Origin: an uncultured Lentisphaerota bacterium
GTDB taxonomy: Bacteria > Verrucomicrobiota > Kiritimatiellia > CAIQIC01
Direction: 5' to 3'
Length of the DNA: 64,000 nt
Assembly: GCA_903896925.1 (NCBI GenBank)
Contig: CAITZM010000190.1
Span: 14,920 to 78,919 of the forward strand
Below the pieces are notes generated by a model. That model did no database searches. It was not told where the DNA came from and worked only from the letters and a program-made list of their open reading frames with translations. Of the stretch, positions 1 through 8,855 are shown one piece after another. Position numbers and translations under genes: made by a program. Within the stretch, counting starts at the first letter, position 1. Every line of letters begins with the position of its first letter.

Positions 1-1
1 C

Positions 2-1612
2 AAGCGGACCCGGGTCGTCGTGAGCGATGGCGGCGTGACCCCGACCGCCCCGGCGTTTCACTTCCGCGGCTGGTTCCTGAACGACGAGGACTTGATCACC
101 GGCTGGCACTTGAGTCCCGAGCGGCGGCGGCTGGTACATTATTATTTTCACCGGCCGATCGCGCCAGAGGTCTACGAGAAGGTGTTCGAGACGGCGCTGC
201 GGTTGCACTGCAATGTGATCATCCCCGGCTCCTACATCGACCTCGAAGCCGGGTGCGACCGCCAGATCGTGGCCGCGGCGGGACGCCGCGGGTTGTTCGT
301 CTCGCAGCATCACACGCAGCCGCTCGGCGTCAGCGCGTTCTGCTTCCGCAACTACTGGCACGACCGCGGCCAGCAGCTTGAGTTCTCGTACACGAAAAAT
401 CCCCGGCAGATGGAAGAGGTGTGGGCGCACTACGCCGGCTTGTGGGCGAAATACCCGAACGTGATCTGGCAGCTCGGCCTGCGCGGCGCGGGCGACCGGG
501 CGTTCTGGGCCGCCGACCCCAACGCGCCCAAGACCGACAGCGAGCGAGGCGCCTTGGTTTCGCGCGCCATCGCCCGCCAGTGGGACATGGTGTGCAAGGC
601 CACCGGCGCGACGCCGCCCGCGACCGCCACGCTCTGGGCCGAAGGTTCCGGCCTGCACGCCAAGGGTCACCTCAAGTTCCCCGAGGGCGTCGCGGTGGTG
701 TTTGCCGATGAGGGCGCGACCCAGGAGATGCAGACCGATTTTCGCGACATCGCCCGCGAGCCGGGCCGGCGCTATGGCGTGTATTATCACGCGGCATTCT
801 GGGGCGCAGGCCCGCGCCTGGTACAGGGCGTGCCGCTCGACAGGATCGCGCGCAACTACGCCGCCATCGCCGGCAAGGGCGACACCTACTTCAGCATCCT
901 CAACGTCGGCAGCATCCGCGAGGTGATCCTGCAGGCCGAGGCGGTCGCCGAGCTCACGTGGAACAGCGGCGGTTTTGCGCCCGACGCGTTTCTGCGGCGC
1001 TGGTGTGCGCGTGAGTTTGGCGAGGCGGCGGCCGACGAAGCCGTCCGCGCCTATCAGTCCTTCTTCGCCGCCTATGTGCCGATGTCCAAGCCGGGGGCGT
1101 TGCTGCTGGATGGTATTCCGCGCTTCACCGGCAAAGCGCTGCTGGACACCGCGCTCGACCGCGACACCTATCCGGCTTATGGGGGCCGCACGGAGCTCTA
1201 CAAAACCCTCGACCGCTACCAGCCGCTGACCGGTGCGAGCGCACGCAATTTTCGAGCGGTAGCGGACCAGTCGCAAGCGGTGCTGGCCCGTATCGCGCCA
1301 GAGCGGCGCCCATTCTTTACCGACAACCTGCTGGTGCAGGCCGAAACGATGGCCGGCGTATGCCTCTGGCTGGAGGAGTTGTGCCAGGGCACGCGCGCCT
1401 TCACCACGCTGGAGGTCGGGGAAGCGGCCGCCCATGCCCGCAGCGCGGCGGCGGCCCTGGGCCATGTGCTGGAGTATCGCCGACGCGCCGAGTGGGGCCC
1501 GTGGGCGAACTGGTACCGGGGCGATTGGCGCATGAACCTGCCCGCGCTCCACGCGGACACCACCCGGCTGGCCGACCGCTGGGCCGAATGGGCGGACCTG
1601 GAGAAAAAGTAG
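2..1612 (+). CDS. glycoside hydrolase, GH115-like; 5' end cut by window edge
   Basis: The frame is open from position 2, with no stop before the listed GTG at 20. Motifs FRGWFLNDEDL and WQLGLRGAGDRAFW resemble GH115 catalytic-domain signatures as I recall them. Overlapping ORFs are Arg/Pro-rich shadows. Confidence 0.5.
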   Translation, partial: KRTRVVVSDGGVTPTAPAFHFRGWFLNDEDLITGWHLSPERRRLVHYYFHRPIAPEVYEKVFETALRLHCNVIIPGSYIDLEAGCDRQIVAAAGRRGLFVSQHHTQPLGVSAFCFRNYWHDRGQQLEFSYTKNPRQMEEVWAHYAGLWAKYPNVIWQLGLRGAGDRAFWAADPNAPKTDSERGALVSRAIARQWDMVCKATGATPPATATLWAEGSGLHAKGHLKFPEGVAVVFADEGATQEMQTDFRDIAREPGRRYGVYYHAAFWGAGPRLVQGVPLDRIARNYAAIAGKGDTYFSILNVGSIREVILQAEAVAELTWNSGGFAPDAFLRRWCAREFGEAAADEAVRAYQSFFAAYVPMSKPGALLLDGIPRFTGKALLDTALDRDTYPAYGGRTELYKTLDRYQPLTGASARNFRAVADQSQAVLARIAPERRPFFTDNLLVQAETMAGVCLWLEELCQGTRAFTTLEVGEAAAHARSAAAALGHVLEYRRRAEWGPWANWYRGDWRMNLPALHADTTRLADRWAEWADLEKK

Positions 1613-1644
1613 ACCTGCCCATACCTCGGCAGGTCGGCATTTTA
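1612..1644 (+). terminator. possible terminator after the GH115-like gene
   Basis: GACCTGCC-catacctc-GGCAGGTC followed by GGCATTTTA. The U-tract is short. Confidence 0.4.
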
Positions 1645-1645
1645 C

Positions 1646-1733
1646 GACAGAATCATTGACGGCAGAATCATTAGGATGCGGGAGTGTTTGCCCATCGTGA
1701 CAATGGTTCTTCCGCCAATGATTCTGTCGCTCT
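1646..1733. repeat. nested inverted repeat built from CAGAATCATT units
   Basis: Left arm GACAGAATCATTGACGGCAGAATCATT. The right arm ACAATGGTTCTTCCGCCAATGATTCTGTC is its imperfect reverse complement. Confidence 0.7.
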
Positions 1734-1904
1734 CTCATCAGGTGCTCCCTGCCGTGCAGGCGTTCGGCATCTCGGCAGGCATCGCGCCGGCCGTGACGAC
1801 GGGTCCTCAAACTACGGCGCGGAAAAGAAATGACGGCGCGGGACAAGAAAACCGCCGCCGGAGCGTTCTGCATAAGGTTTCCCAACCCAAAAGAGGAGCA
1901 GCAC

Positions 1905-2741
1905 GTGAAGATACGCAGCAGCAAGTTGTTGATGGTCGCATTGGCGTTGATGATCGGTTCGGCGGGAATGACGCAGGCGGCGGTGGCCAAGGCGGCACCG
2001 GCGAGCGATCCGAGCGTGGCGGCCGAGAAGAAGGATGCCACCGGCAAGTTTCAGAAAAAACATGAGGAATTTTTGCAGCGCGGCAAGGCCGGGCCGATCG
2101 GCGTGTTGTTCCTCGGTGACTCGATCACCGAAGGGTGGATCAAGGCGACGAATGTCTGGGCAACCTTCTATAAACAGTTTGATGCGGCCAACTTCGGCAT
2201 CGGCGGCGACCGCACGGAGCACGTGCTCTGGCGCATCGCCAACGGCGAGCTCGATGGCATCCATCCAAAGGTGGTCGTCCTGATGATCGGCACGAACAAC
2301 ACCGGCTCGAACGACGCCGACCAGATCGCCGCGGCCGACAAGAAGATCGTGAAGGAAATACAGGCCAAGCTGCCGGACACCAAGATCCTGCTGCTCGCGG
2401 TCTTCCCGCGCGGTCCGCGCCCGCCCTCGGCCCCCAAGCCCGTCGCGGCCGCCCCCGGCGCCAAGCCGGCGAAACCCGCCGCACCCAAGCCGGTCGTGTC
2501 GGCCCAGGCCATGGCGGAGGACGCCGCCAAGCGCATGGCGATCATCAACGCGGTGAACAAGGAACTGGCCAAGCTCGACGACGGCAAGAAGGTGCGCTAC
2601 CTCGACATCAATCCGAAATTCCTCGGCACCGACGGCAAGATCCCCAACGACGTGATGCCCGACCAGCTACATCCCAACGCGAAGGGCTATCAGATCTGGG
2701 CCGACGCGATGCAGCCGCTGCTGGCCGAAATGCTGAAGTAA
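1905..2741 (+). CDS. SGNH/GDSL hydrolase (PAF-acetylhydrolase-like esterase), secreted, with Pro/Ala/Lys-rich insert
   Basis: Blocks LFLGDSITEGW, GIGGDRTEHVLWR, LMIGTNN and DQLHPNAKGY are present. I prefer the GTG at 1905, which follows AAGAGGAG and gives signal peptide KIRSSKLLMVALALMIGSAGMTQA. The ORF as listed starts at 1830. Confidence 0.8.
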   Translation: MKIRSSKLLMVALALMIGSAGMTQAAVAKAAPASDPSVAAEKKDATGKFQKKHEEFLQRGKAGPIGVLFLGDSITEGWIKATNVWATFYKQFDAANFGIGGDRTEHVLWRIANGELDGIHPKVVVLMIGTNNTGSNDADQIAAADKKIVKEIQAKLPDTKILLLAVFPRGPRPPSAPKPVAAAPGAKPAKPAAPKPVVSAQAMAEDAAKRMAIINAVNKELAKLDDGKKVRYLDINPKFLGTDGKIPNDVMPDQLHPNAKGYQIWADAMQPLLAEMLK

Positions 2742-2753
2742 CGGCGCAGAGCT

Positions 2754-2786
2754 CCGGGTCAGCTGCGAAGTCCGCAGCTGACCCGG
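2754..2786 (+). terminator. 14-bp perfect hairpin after the SGNH hydrolase gene (no U-tract)
   Basis: CCGGGTCAGCTGCG-aagtc-CGCAGCTGACCCGG, 13 nt after the stop. Confidence 0.4.
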
Positions 2787-2835
2787 AACAACACATGCAC
2801 AAGCCCGGCCACCCACCACAGACTCAACACTGGCC

Positions 2836-2888
2836 TGTCACGCCGGGTCGGCTTGCCCGCCTCAGGCGGGTGACCCGGTCTACAACAG
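2836..2888. repeat. REP-like hairpin related to the 10022-10060 segment
   Basis: Shares GCTTGCCCGCCTCAGGCGGG with GCTTGTCCGCCTCAGGCGTG at 10032-10051, and ends in GGTCTACAAC. Confidence 0.55.
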
Positions 2889-2895
2889 AGGGTTT

Positions 2896-4311
2896 ATGCC
2901 TTATTGGTGTTTTTGCAGGCCGCGTGCCCTCGTGCGGCGGTTGCGCCAACTCGCGCTGGGCGCCGGGTGCTTTGTACTGTGCGACGCGACGGCCCTGGCG
3001 CGGGATTTTTTCGTGAACCCGGCGACCGGCACGGACTCCGCCAACGGGCTGGCGGCCGCGGCCGCCGGGCCGGACGGACCGGTGAAGACCATCGCGCGCG
3101 GCCTCAAGCTGGCCGGGCCGGGCGACACCGTGCACCTGGCACCGGTGGTCTTCAAGGAATCGGCGACGTTCCACAACCGCTCGGGCGAGCCGGGCCGTCC
3201 GCTCGTGCTCGACGGCCACGGGGCGACGCTGGACGGCAGCGAGCCGTTGCATCCGGCCGACTGGCAGGAGACCGCCCCCGGCCTCTATCGCAACGACCAC
3301 CTGCTGAAGGCCGACGACTTCGTCCTGCTCCGCTGGTTCTTCAGCTTCGACGGACGGATAAGCCACATGGGCCGCTGCTCCAAGGGCACGCGCGCGCCTT
3401 TCAAAAAGCCGGAGGACCTGCAGCCGGGCGAGTGGACCTTTTCCGCCGCCGGGCACGCCTTCTATGTGCGGATCGCCCCGGGGCAGAAGCTCGCCGACGC
3501 CCGCATCGCCGCGCCCCTCCGTGCCAACGGCGTGGGGTTCGGCGGCACCTGCCAGCATATCGTCGTGCGCCATCTGACGGCGACACATGTCCATAACGAC
3601 GGGTTCAACATCCACGGCACCACCCGCGATCTCTTGTTCGAAGACATCCGCGCCATCGAGTGCGGCGATGACGGGTTCAGCGCCCATGAGGACTGCGAAG
3701 TGCGCGTGGCTGGCTTCACCGCCACCGGCAACGCCACCGGCATCTGCAGCATCAACGACAGCGTGTCCGACAACGACCAGGTGTTCATCAAGGACTGCAT
3801 CGGCCACGATCTGTTCTTCCCGGAGTGCGGCCGGCATACGGTCCGCAACAGCCGCATCCTGTCCTCCGCCGAGCACGCCATCACCGTCGCGGGTCGGCCG
3901 AAGGAGCACACCGGCGCCACGCTCGTACTCGACAACGTCTGGGTGCAGCGGGCCTCCGGTTCGAACGCCGTCAGCGTGCTCGCGGGCGGGACACTCGCCG
4001 CCACGAACGTGACGCTGCTCGGGTTGGACCTGCAGGTGTCCGGCACGGCGACGCTGCAGAACGCCATCATCGCCGGCCAACCGCAGCCGAAAATCAACAT
4101 CTCCACCGGCGCGGTCTGGCACGCGGAAAACAATCTTTACGATGCGAGTACGCTCCAGTCCGGGAAAACGCTCTACACCCGGAAAACTTTCGCTGACTAC
4201 CAGCGCGCCTCCGCACAGGACGCTCATTCGCGCTGGGCAGGCGCGGGCGAACACAACGCCACCCCCTCAACGCGCGGCGCCGACGAGTCCAGACTGCCGG
4301 TCGCGCCCTGA
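2896..4311 (+). CDS. secreted right-handed parallel beta-helix (pectin-lyase-fold) protein
   Basis: N-terminal signal-like segment followed by DFFVNPATGTDSANG...GPVKTIARGLKLAGPGDTVHL, typical of DUF1565/beta-helix proteins. Repetitive G/N/T-rich turns follow. The antisense 476-aa ORF is Arg/Gly-rich shadow. Confidence 0.6.
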   Translation: MPYWCFCRPRALVRRLRQLALGAGCFVLCDATALARDFFVNPATGTDSANGLAAAAAGPDGPVKTIARGLKLAGPGDTVHLAPVVFKESATFHNRSGEPGRPLVLDGHGATLDGSEPLHPADWQETAPGLYRNDHLLKADDFVLLRWFFSFDGRISHMGRCSKGTRAPFKKPEDLQPGEWTFSAAGHAFYVRIAPGQKLADARIAAPLRANGVGFGGTCQHIVVRHLTATHVHNDGFNIHGTTRDLLFEDIRAIECGDDGFSAHEDCEVRVAGFTATGNATGICSINDSVSDNDQVFIKDCIGHDLFFPECGRHTVRNSRILSSAEHAITVAGRPKEHTGATLVLDNVWVQRASGSNAVSVLAGGTLAATNVTLLGLDLQVSGTATLQNAIIAGQPQPKINISTGAVWHAENNLYDASTLQSGKTLYTRKTFADYQRASAQDAHSRWAGAGEHNATPSTRGADESRLPVAP

Positions 4312-4355
4312 TGCGAACCGCAAGCGACGACGCAACCCGGCAGCCGCTTGCGCTC

Positions 4356-4423
4356 TGTAGCCGGGGTCGGTGACCCCAGTTCCGGTGGGGCCGGGTTGGC
4401 CGGGATCAACGATCCCGGCTACA
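4356..4423. repeat. mini-element with TGTAGCCGGG ... CCCGGCTACA terminal inverted repeats
   Basis: The 10-bp termini are exact reverse complements. Internal hairpins GGGGTCGGTGACCCC and GCCGGGATCAACGATCCCGGC. Homologous to 55970-56044. Confidence 0.75.
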
Positions 4424-4430
4424 ACGCGGG

Positions 4431-4500
4431 GTGATAGGGCGACACCTCCGGCGGAGCCGCAAGCTGTAGCGGCGGCACTCCGCCGATGCGAGCCAGCCCC
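4431..4500. repeat. REP-like segment homologous to 10022-10085
   Basis: TAGGGCGAC...CCTCCGGCGGAGCCGC..CTGTAGCGGCGGC is shared with 10023-10081. Confidence 0.6.
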
Positions 4501-4651
4501 GCGAGCCGGATCTACACATCCGGTTCAACGTGCTCTGGCAACCCGACGGGAGCGGCAATTCTAAAACTTGCCGCCACTGGGTGCCCCCGCTATCCTCCGG
4601 TCAATGAACTTTTGCCGGCTGATGGCCGGCAAAGAACAACCCGGGTGACCC

Positions 4652-5707
4652 ATGAAACAGATCGTAAGCGCAGCTCTCGCCGGTCTCGTCAGTGTGTGCA
4701 GCTACGGCGGCGCCCGGGCGCAAGCCAACCCCTATGCCGCCAAGCCCACGACACCGACGGTCACCTACCCGCGCGTCAATATGGCCACCACGTACGCGGT
4801 GGTGCCCGGCTGGCCGACGCGCCGGCCGGACGTGGGCTGGGGCCAAGTCTGCGCCGTGGCGCTGGACCGGCAGGAGAACGTCTGGATCCACACGCGCACA
4901 AACCAGGCGGTGCAGGTTTACGCGGCGGATGGTCGCTTCCTGAAAAGCTGGCCGGCCCCGGGCACAAACTCCATCGCGCACGGACTCCGGATTGATGCCG
5001 GCGGCAACGTCTGGCTGACGGATGTCGGGCGGCACACCGTGACGAAGCACTCGCCCGACGATGGCCGTGTGCTGCTGACGCTGGGCGTGGCGGGCGAGCC
5101 GGGCTGCGACGAAAAACATTTCTTCAAGCCGACCGATATCGCTTTCGCGCCCAACGGCGACCTCTTCGTGTCCGACGGCTACGGCAATGCGCGGATCGTG
5201 CATTTCGACAAAGACGGCCGCTTCATCCATGCGTGGGGCGAACTCGGCACGAAGCCGGGCTGCTTCAGCATCCCGCACAACATCGTGTGCGACTCGCACA
5301 GCCACGTCTATGTGGCCGATCGCAACAACGCGCGCGTCCAGGTTTTTGATGCCCAAGGCAACCTGCTGGATGTCTGGAGCGACCTGCTCGTGCCGTGGGG
5401 ACTGTGGCTTTCACCCCAGGACGATATCTGGGTCTGCGGTTCCGGGCCGATGGAGTGGAGCGTGGACCCGAAATATCCGACGGCGCCGCTGGGCTGCCCA
5501 CCCAAGGATCAGCTGGTGATGCGGTTCAACACGGCCGGCAAATTGCTCCAGCTCTGGACGCTGCCGAAGGCGGCCGACGGCGAGGAAAAACCCGGCACGT
5601 TGAATTGGCTGCACAGCATCGCGGTGGACTCGCAGGGCAACCTCTACTGCACCGACATCATCGGCAAGCGTGTGCAGAAATTCATCCGCAAGGCCATCAT
5701 ACGCTGA
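4652..5707 (+). CDS. secreted NHL-repeat beta-propeller protein (peptidylamidoglycolate-lyase-like)
   Basis: Signal peptide MKQIVSAALAGLVSVCSYGGARA. Repeated NHL-type blades are visible (GNVWLTDVGRHTV, GDLFVSDGYGNARIVHF, HVYVADRNNARVQVF, GNLYCTDIIGKRVQKF). Confidence 0.75.
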   Translation: MKQIVSAALAGLVSVCSYGGARAQANPYAAKPTTPTVTYPRVNMATTYAVVPGWPTRRPDVGWGQVCAVALDRQENVWIHTRTNQAVQVYAADGRFLKSWPAPGTNSIAHGLRIDAGGNVWLTDVGRHTVTKHSPDDGRVLLTLGVAGEPGCDEKHFFKPTDIAFAPNGDLFVSDGYGNARIVHFDKDGRFIHAWGELGTKPGCFSIPHNIVCDSHSHVYVADRNNARVQVFDAQGNLLDVWSDLLVPWGLWLSPQDDIWVCGSGPMEWSVDPKYPTAPLGCPPKDQLVMRFNTAGKLLQLWTLPKAADGEEKPGTLNWLHSIAVDSQGNLYCTDIIGKRVQKFIRKAIIR

Positions 5708-5767
5708 GGCGTGCCCGGTCCCATTCTGCTATTGCCGCGCCGCGGGCCCGCCGCTATGCTCCGGCCC

Positions 5768-6742
5768 ATGAAAATCTTTGTCACAGGCGGGGCGGGCTAC
5801 ATCGGCAGCATCACCACGGAAAAGCTGCTCGATGCGGGGCACAAGGTCGTGGTGTTCGACAACCTGGAGCGCGGCCATCGCGCGGCATTGGACAAGCGTG
5901 CCAAGTTCATCAAGGGCGACCTCCAGAAGCGCGCGCAGATCTTCAAGGCGCTGGCCGCGGTCAAGCCGGACGCGGTGATGCACTTCGCCGCCTACGCGCT
6001 GGTCGGCGAGTCCATGCAGTACCCCGAGCGTTACTTCAACAACAACGTGGTCGGCGGCCTCAACCTGGCCGACGCCATGATCGCGGCGGGCTGCAAGAAG
6101 TTCATCTTCTCCTCGACCTGCGCCACCTTCGGGCAGCCGGAAAAGATGCCGATGACCGAGGACATGCCGCAGCGGCCGCAGAACCCCTACGGCGAATCCA
6201 AGCTGATGCTCGAAAAGATCCTGCTCTGGTACCAGCAGCTCCACGGCATCCAGCCGGTGTTCCTGCGCTACTTCAACGCCTGCGGCGCGTCGGAAAAATA
6301 CGGCGAGGACCACGACCCGGAGAGCCACATCATCCCGAACGTGCTCAAGGTCGCGCTCGGCCAGAAGAAATTCGTGCAGATCTTCGGCGACGACTATCCG
6401 ACGCCTGACGGCACCTGCATCCGCGACTACATCCACATCGCCGACCTGGCGCAGGCACACATGCTCGCGCTCAAGCCCGGCATCTCCGGCGCGTTCAACC
6501 TAGGCAACGGCGAAGGCTTCAGCGTCAAACAGGTGATTGACGCCTGCCGCGCCGTCACCGGCCACAAGATCCCGGCGAAGATCACCCCGCGCCGCGCCGG
6601 CGATCCCGCGCGGCTGATCGGCGACTCGACCAAGGCCAGGAAGATTCTCGGCTGGAAGCCCCAGTTCCCCGACATCCAGACCATCGTCCAGCACGCTTGG
6701 AACTGGCACAACGCGCATCCGCACGGCTATGCGAAGAAATGA
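5768..6742 (+). CDS. galE: UDP-glucose 4-epimerase
   Basis: [14 protein letters not shown] Rossmann motif, YGESKLMLE (YxxxK), and full-length GalE-like sequence. ATG at 5768 chosen inside the longer listed ORF. Confidence 0.92.
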   Translation: MKIFVTGGAGYIGSITTEKLLDAGHKVVVFDNLERGHRAALDKRAKFIKGDLQKRAQIFKALAAVKPDAVMHFAAYALVGESMQYPERYFNNNVVGGLNLADAMIAAGCKKFIFSSTCATFGQPEKMPMTEDMPQRPQNPYGESKLMLEKILLWYQQLHGIQPVFLRYFNACGASEKYGEDHDPESHIIPNVLKVALGQKKFVQIFGDDYPTPDGTCIRDYIHIADLAQAHMLALKPGISGAFNLGNGEGFSVKQVIDACRAVTGHKIPAKITPRRAGDPARLIGDSTKARKILGWKPQFPDIQTIVQHAWNWHNAHPHGYAKK

Positions 6743-6749
6743 TGGCAGC

Positions 6750-6848
6750 ATGGCGAATGGTTGATGGAGCATGAAGAAGCAAGATCAGACGGATTCGCCA
6801 TCCACCCTTAACCATCCGCCATCGTCCATCCACCCTTCCCCATCCACC
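6750..6848. repeat. inverted repeat plus three direct CCATCCACC(C) copies directly upstream of cinA
   Basis: ATGGCGAATGGTTGATGGA (6750-6768) pairs with TCCACCCTTAACCATCCGCCAT (6801-6822). CCATCCACC occurs at 6798, 6826 and 6840. Confidence 0.65.
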
Positions 6849-8183
6849 ATGTCTTCCGTGGAGCTCGTCACCACCGGCAGCGAGTTGCTGAGCGGGCGCA
6901 CGGTCAACACGCACGCGCAGACGCTCGCGGAAAAGCTGCGCCCGTTCGGGCTGAAACTGGTGCGCGATACCACCGTGAGCGACGACCTGACCGCCATCGC
7001 CGAGGCCGTCCGCGGCGCGTTGTCGCGCGTGGACCTCGTCTTCGTCAGCGGCGGGCTTGGCGGGACCAGCGACGACATCACGCGCGAGGCGCTCGCGCAG
7101 ATTGTCGGGGGCCAGCTCGTGTTGTACCCCGAAGCGCTCGCCTCCCTGGAGCAGCGCTATGCCAAGATGGGGCGGCCCGTCACCGACGTGGCGCGGCGGC
7201 AGGTGCTGATCCTCGAGCGCAGCGAGGGGTTGCTCAATCCCGTCGGCATCGCGCCGGGAATGATGATTCAAGTGCCCTCTGCTCTTGTGGGCGGGACCTC
7301 CCGGTCCCGCGAGCGGGAGCAGGAGCTCCCGCCCACCAACCCAAAAACCCTTTTCGTGCTGCCCGGCCCGCCGCGCGAGTTCGTCGGTGTACTGGAGACC
7401 GGCGTGCTGCCGAGGCTTGGAAAACTGGGTCTGCCGGTCTGCCAAGCCCTGGAAAACCTTTGGGAATGCACCGGCCTGGGCGAGACGGAGATCGCCGAGC
7501 GGCTGGAAAAAATCGGCCTGCCGACGCCGGAGATCGAGGTCGGCTACTGCGCCGCCATGGGCCAGATCGAAGTCCGGCTGGCCGCCGCGCCGGAGCATGC
7601 TGCGCTGCTCGCAGAAAAAACCGCCGCTGTCCGCGCGGCGCTGGGCGCGGCGATTTACGCCGAGACGCGCATCGGTCTGGAAGAAGCCGTCGGCCGTTTG
7701 CTGGCCACGCAGAAGAAAACCGTGGCCGTCGCGGAGAGCTGCACCGGGGGCTTGATCGGTCACCGCCTCACGACGGTCGCCGGCAGCTCGGCGTATTTTC
7801 TCGGCGGCGTCATCTGCTATTCCAACGAATCGAAGGTGCGCGACCTGGCCGTCCCCCGCGAATTGATCGAGCGCCACGGCGCGGTGAGCGAGGAAGTCGC
7901 GCGCGCCATGGCCGAGGGCGTCCGCGCGCGGTTCGGGTCCGATTGCGGTGTCGCGGTCACCGGCATCGCCGGCCCGGACGGCGGCACGGCGGCGAAGCCC
8001 GTCGGCACCGTCTGGATTGCCGTGGCCGACGCCGCCGGCACGGCCGCCAGGCTGCGCTGCTTCCCCACCACGCGCGAACACGTCAAGCTCTGGAGCAGCC
8101 AGCAGGCGCTCGACCTGCTGCGCCGCCGGCTGCAGGGCGGTGCACCGGACACCCCGCGCGCCCCGGGATTGCCGGGCTGGTAG
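6849..8183 (+). CDS. cinA: CinA family protein (MoCF-type domain plus nicotinamide-nucleotide amidohydrolase PncC domain)
   Basis: VELVTTGSELLSGRTVNTHAQ, VFVSGGLGGTSDDITREAL, LPGPPREF, and C-terminal AESCTGGL...GGVICYSNESK. Start at MSSVEL (6849). Confidence 0.9.
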   Translation: MSSVELVTTGSELLSGRTVNTHAQTLAEKLRPFGLKLVRDTTVSDDLTAIAEAVRGALSRVDLVFVSGGLGGTSDDITREALAQIVGGQLVLYPEALASLEQRYAKMGRPVTDVARRQVLILERSEGLLNPVGIAPGMMIQVPSALVGGTSRSREREQELPPTNPKTLFVLPGPPREFVGVLETGVLPRLGKLGLPVCQALENLWECTGLGETEIAERLEKIGLPTPEIEVGYCAAMGQIEVRLAAAPEHAALLAEKTAAVRAALGAAIYAETRIGLEEAVGRLLATQKKTVAVAESCTGGLIGHRLTTVAGSSAYFLGGVICYSNESKVRDLAVPRELIERHGAVSEEVARAMAEGVRARFGSDCGVAVTGIAGPDGGTAAKPVGTVWIAVADAAGTAARLRCFPTTREHVKLWSSQQALDLLRRRLQGGAPDTPRAPGLPGW

Positions 8184-8216
8184 TTGACAAGGCCCGCCAC
8201 CTGATCGAAAGGTAGC

Positions 8217-8855
8217 GTGGAAAAGATGCAGGCCATGCAGATGCAAACCACAGCTCCGCTCGCTCCCGACCAGGTGTTGCGCGCATTCATCGCGGTGGAC
8301 ATCACCCCGGACATCCGCGCGGCGCTGGCGGCGGAGCAGGCGCGGCTGCAGCAGCTGGGCGCAAACGTCGGCTGGGCCACGCCGGAAACCATCCACATCA
8401 CCCTGCTGTTTCTCGGCGACATCTTTGGCGCCCAAGTGGCTCCCTTGGCGGCGGCGCTCGATGAAGTTGCCGCACACCACGCGCCCTTCGAGGTGGAGAT
8501 TGCGGGCCTGGGCTGGTTCGGCCCGCCGCGCTCGCCGCGCGTGATCTGGGCCGGCGTGAGCGACCCGGCCGGGCAGCTCTCTGCGCTGCAAAAACAGGTC
8601 GCCGAACAGGCGCGGCTGCTCGAACTGCGCACCGAGGCTCGGCCGTTCCATCCGCACCTGACGCTGGGCCGCGTCCGGCCCGGCGGCCATGCGACGCTGA
8701 CCGCGTTGACAGGGGCTTTGGAACAGGTTAATGATACCGCCTATGGACGGTGCGCGGCGGGCACAGTGCGCCTGATGCAGAGCCGGCTGGGACCGGCCGG
8801 CGCGCAGCACAGCCTCCTGCACGAATCAATATTGAAAGGAATCGATCATGGCTAA
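8217..8855 (+). CDS. thpR: RNA 2',3'-cyclic phosphodiesterase (2H phosphoesterase, LigT/ThpR)
   Basis: Two H-x-T/S-x motifs (HITLLFLG and HPHLTLGR). Overlaps the recA start by 8 nt. An alternative ATG start lies at 8226. Confidence 0.85.
   Translation: MEKMQAMQMQTTAPLAPDQVLRAFIAVDITPDIRAALAAEQARLQQLGANVGWATPETIHITLLFLGDIFGAQVAPLAAALDEVAAHHAPFEVEIAGLGWFGPPRSPRVIWAGVSDPAGQLSALQKQVAEQARLLELRTEARPFHPHLTLGRVRPGGHATLTALTGALEQVNDTAYGRCAAGTVRLMQSRLGPAGAQHSLLHESILKGIDHG

Noticed and set aside
2824-4254. Long antisense ORFs overlapping real genes. Examples: 2824-4254(-), 6582-8822(-), 13719-15965(-), 25028-27019(-), 32330-34420(+), 48072-49997(+), 50896-52206(-), 54378-55958(+).
   Set aside because: Their translations are dominated by Arg/Gly/Ala/Pro/His runs with no recognisable motifs. 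The opposite strand encodes proteins with clear family signatures, which is the typical shadow-ORF pattern of high-GC DNA.
8650-8850. LexA/SOS box upstream of recA.
   Set aside because: The region is the thpR coding sequence. I found no TGTTC-N4-GAACA-type or CTGT-N8-ACAG-type palindrome there.
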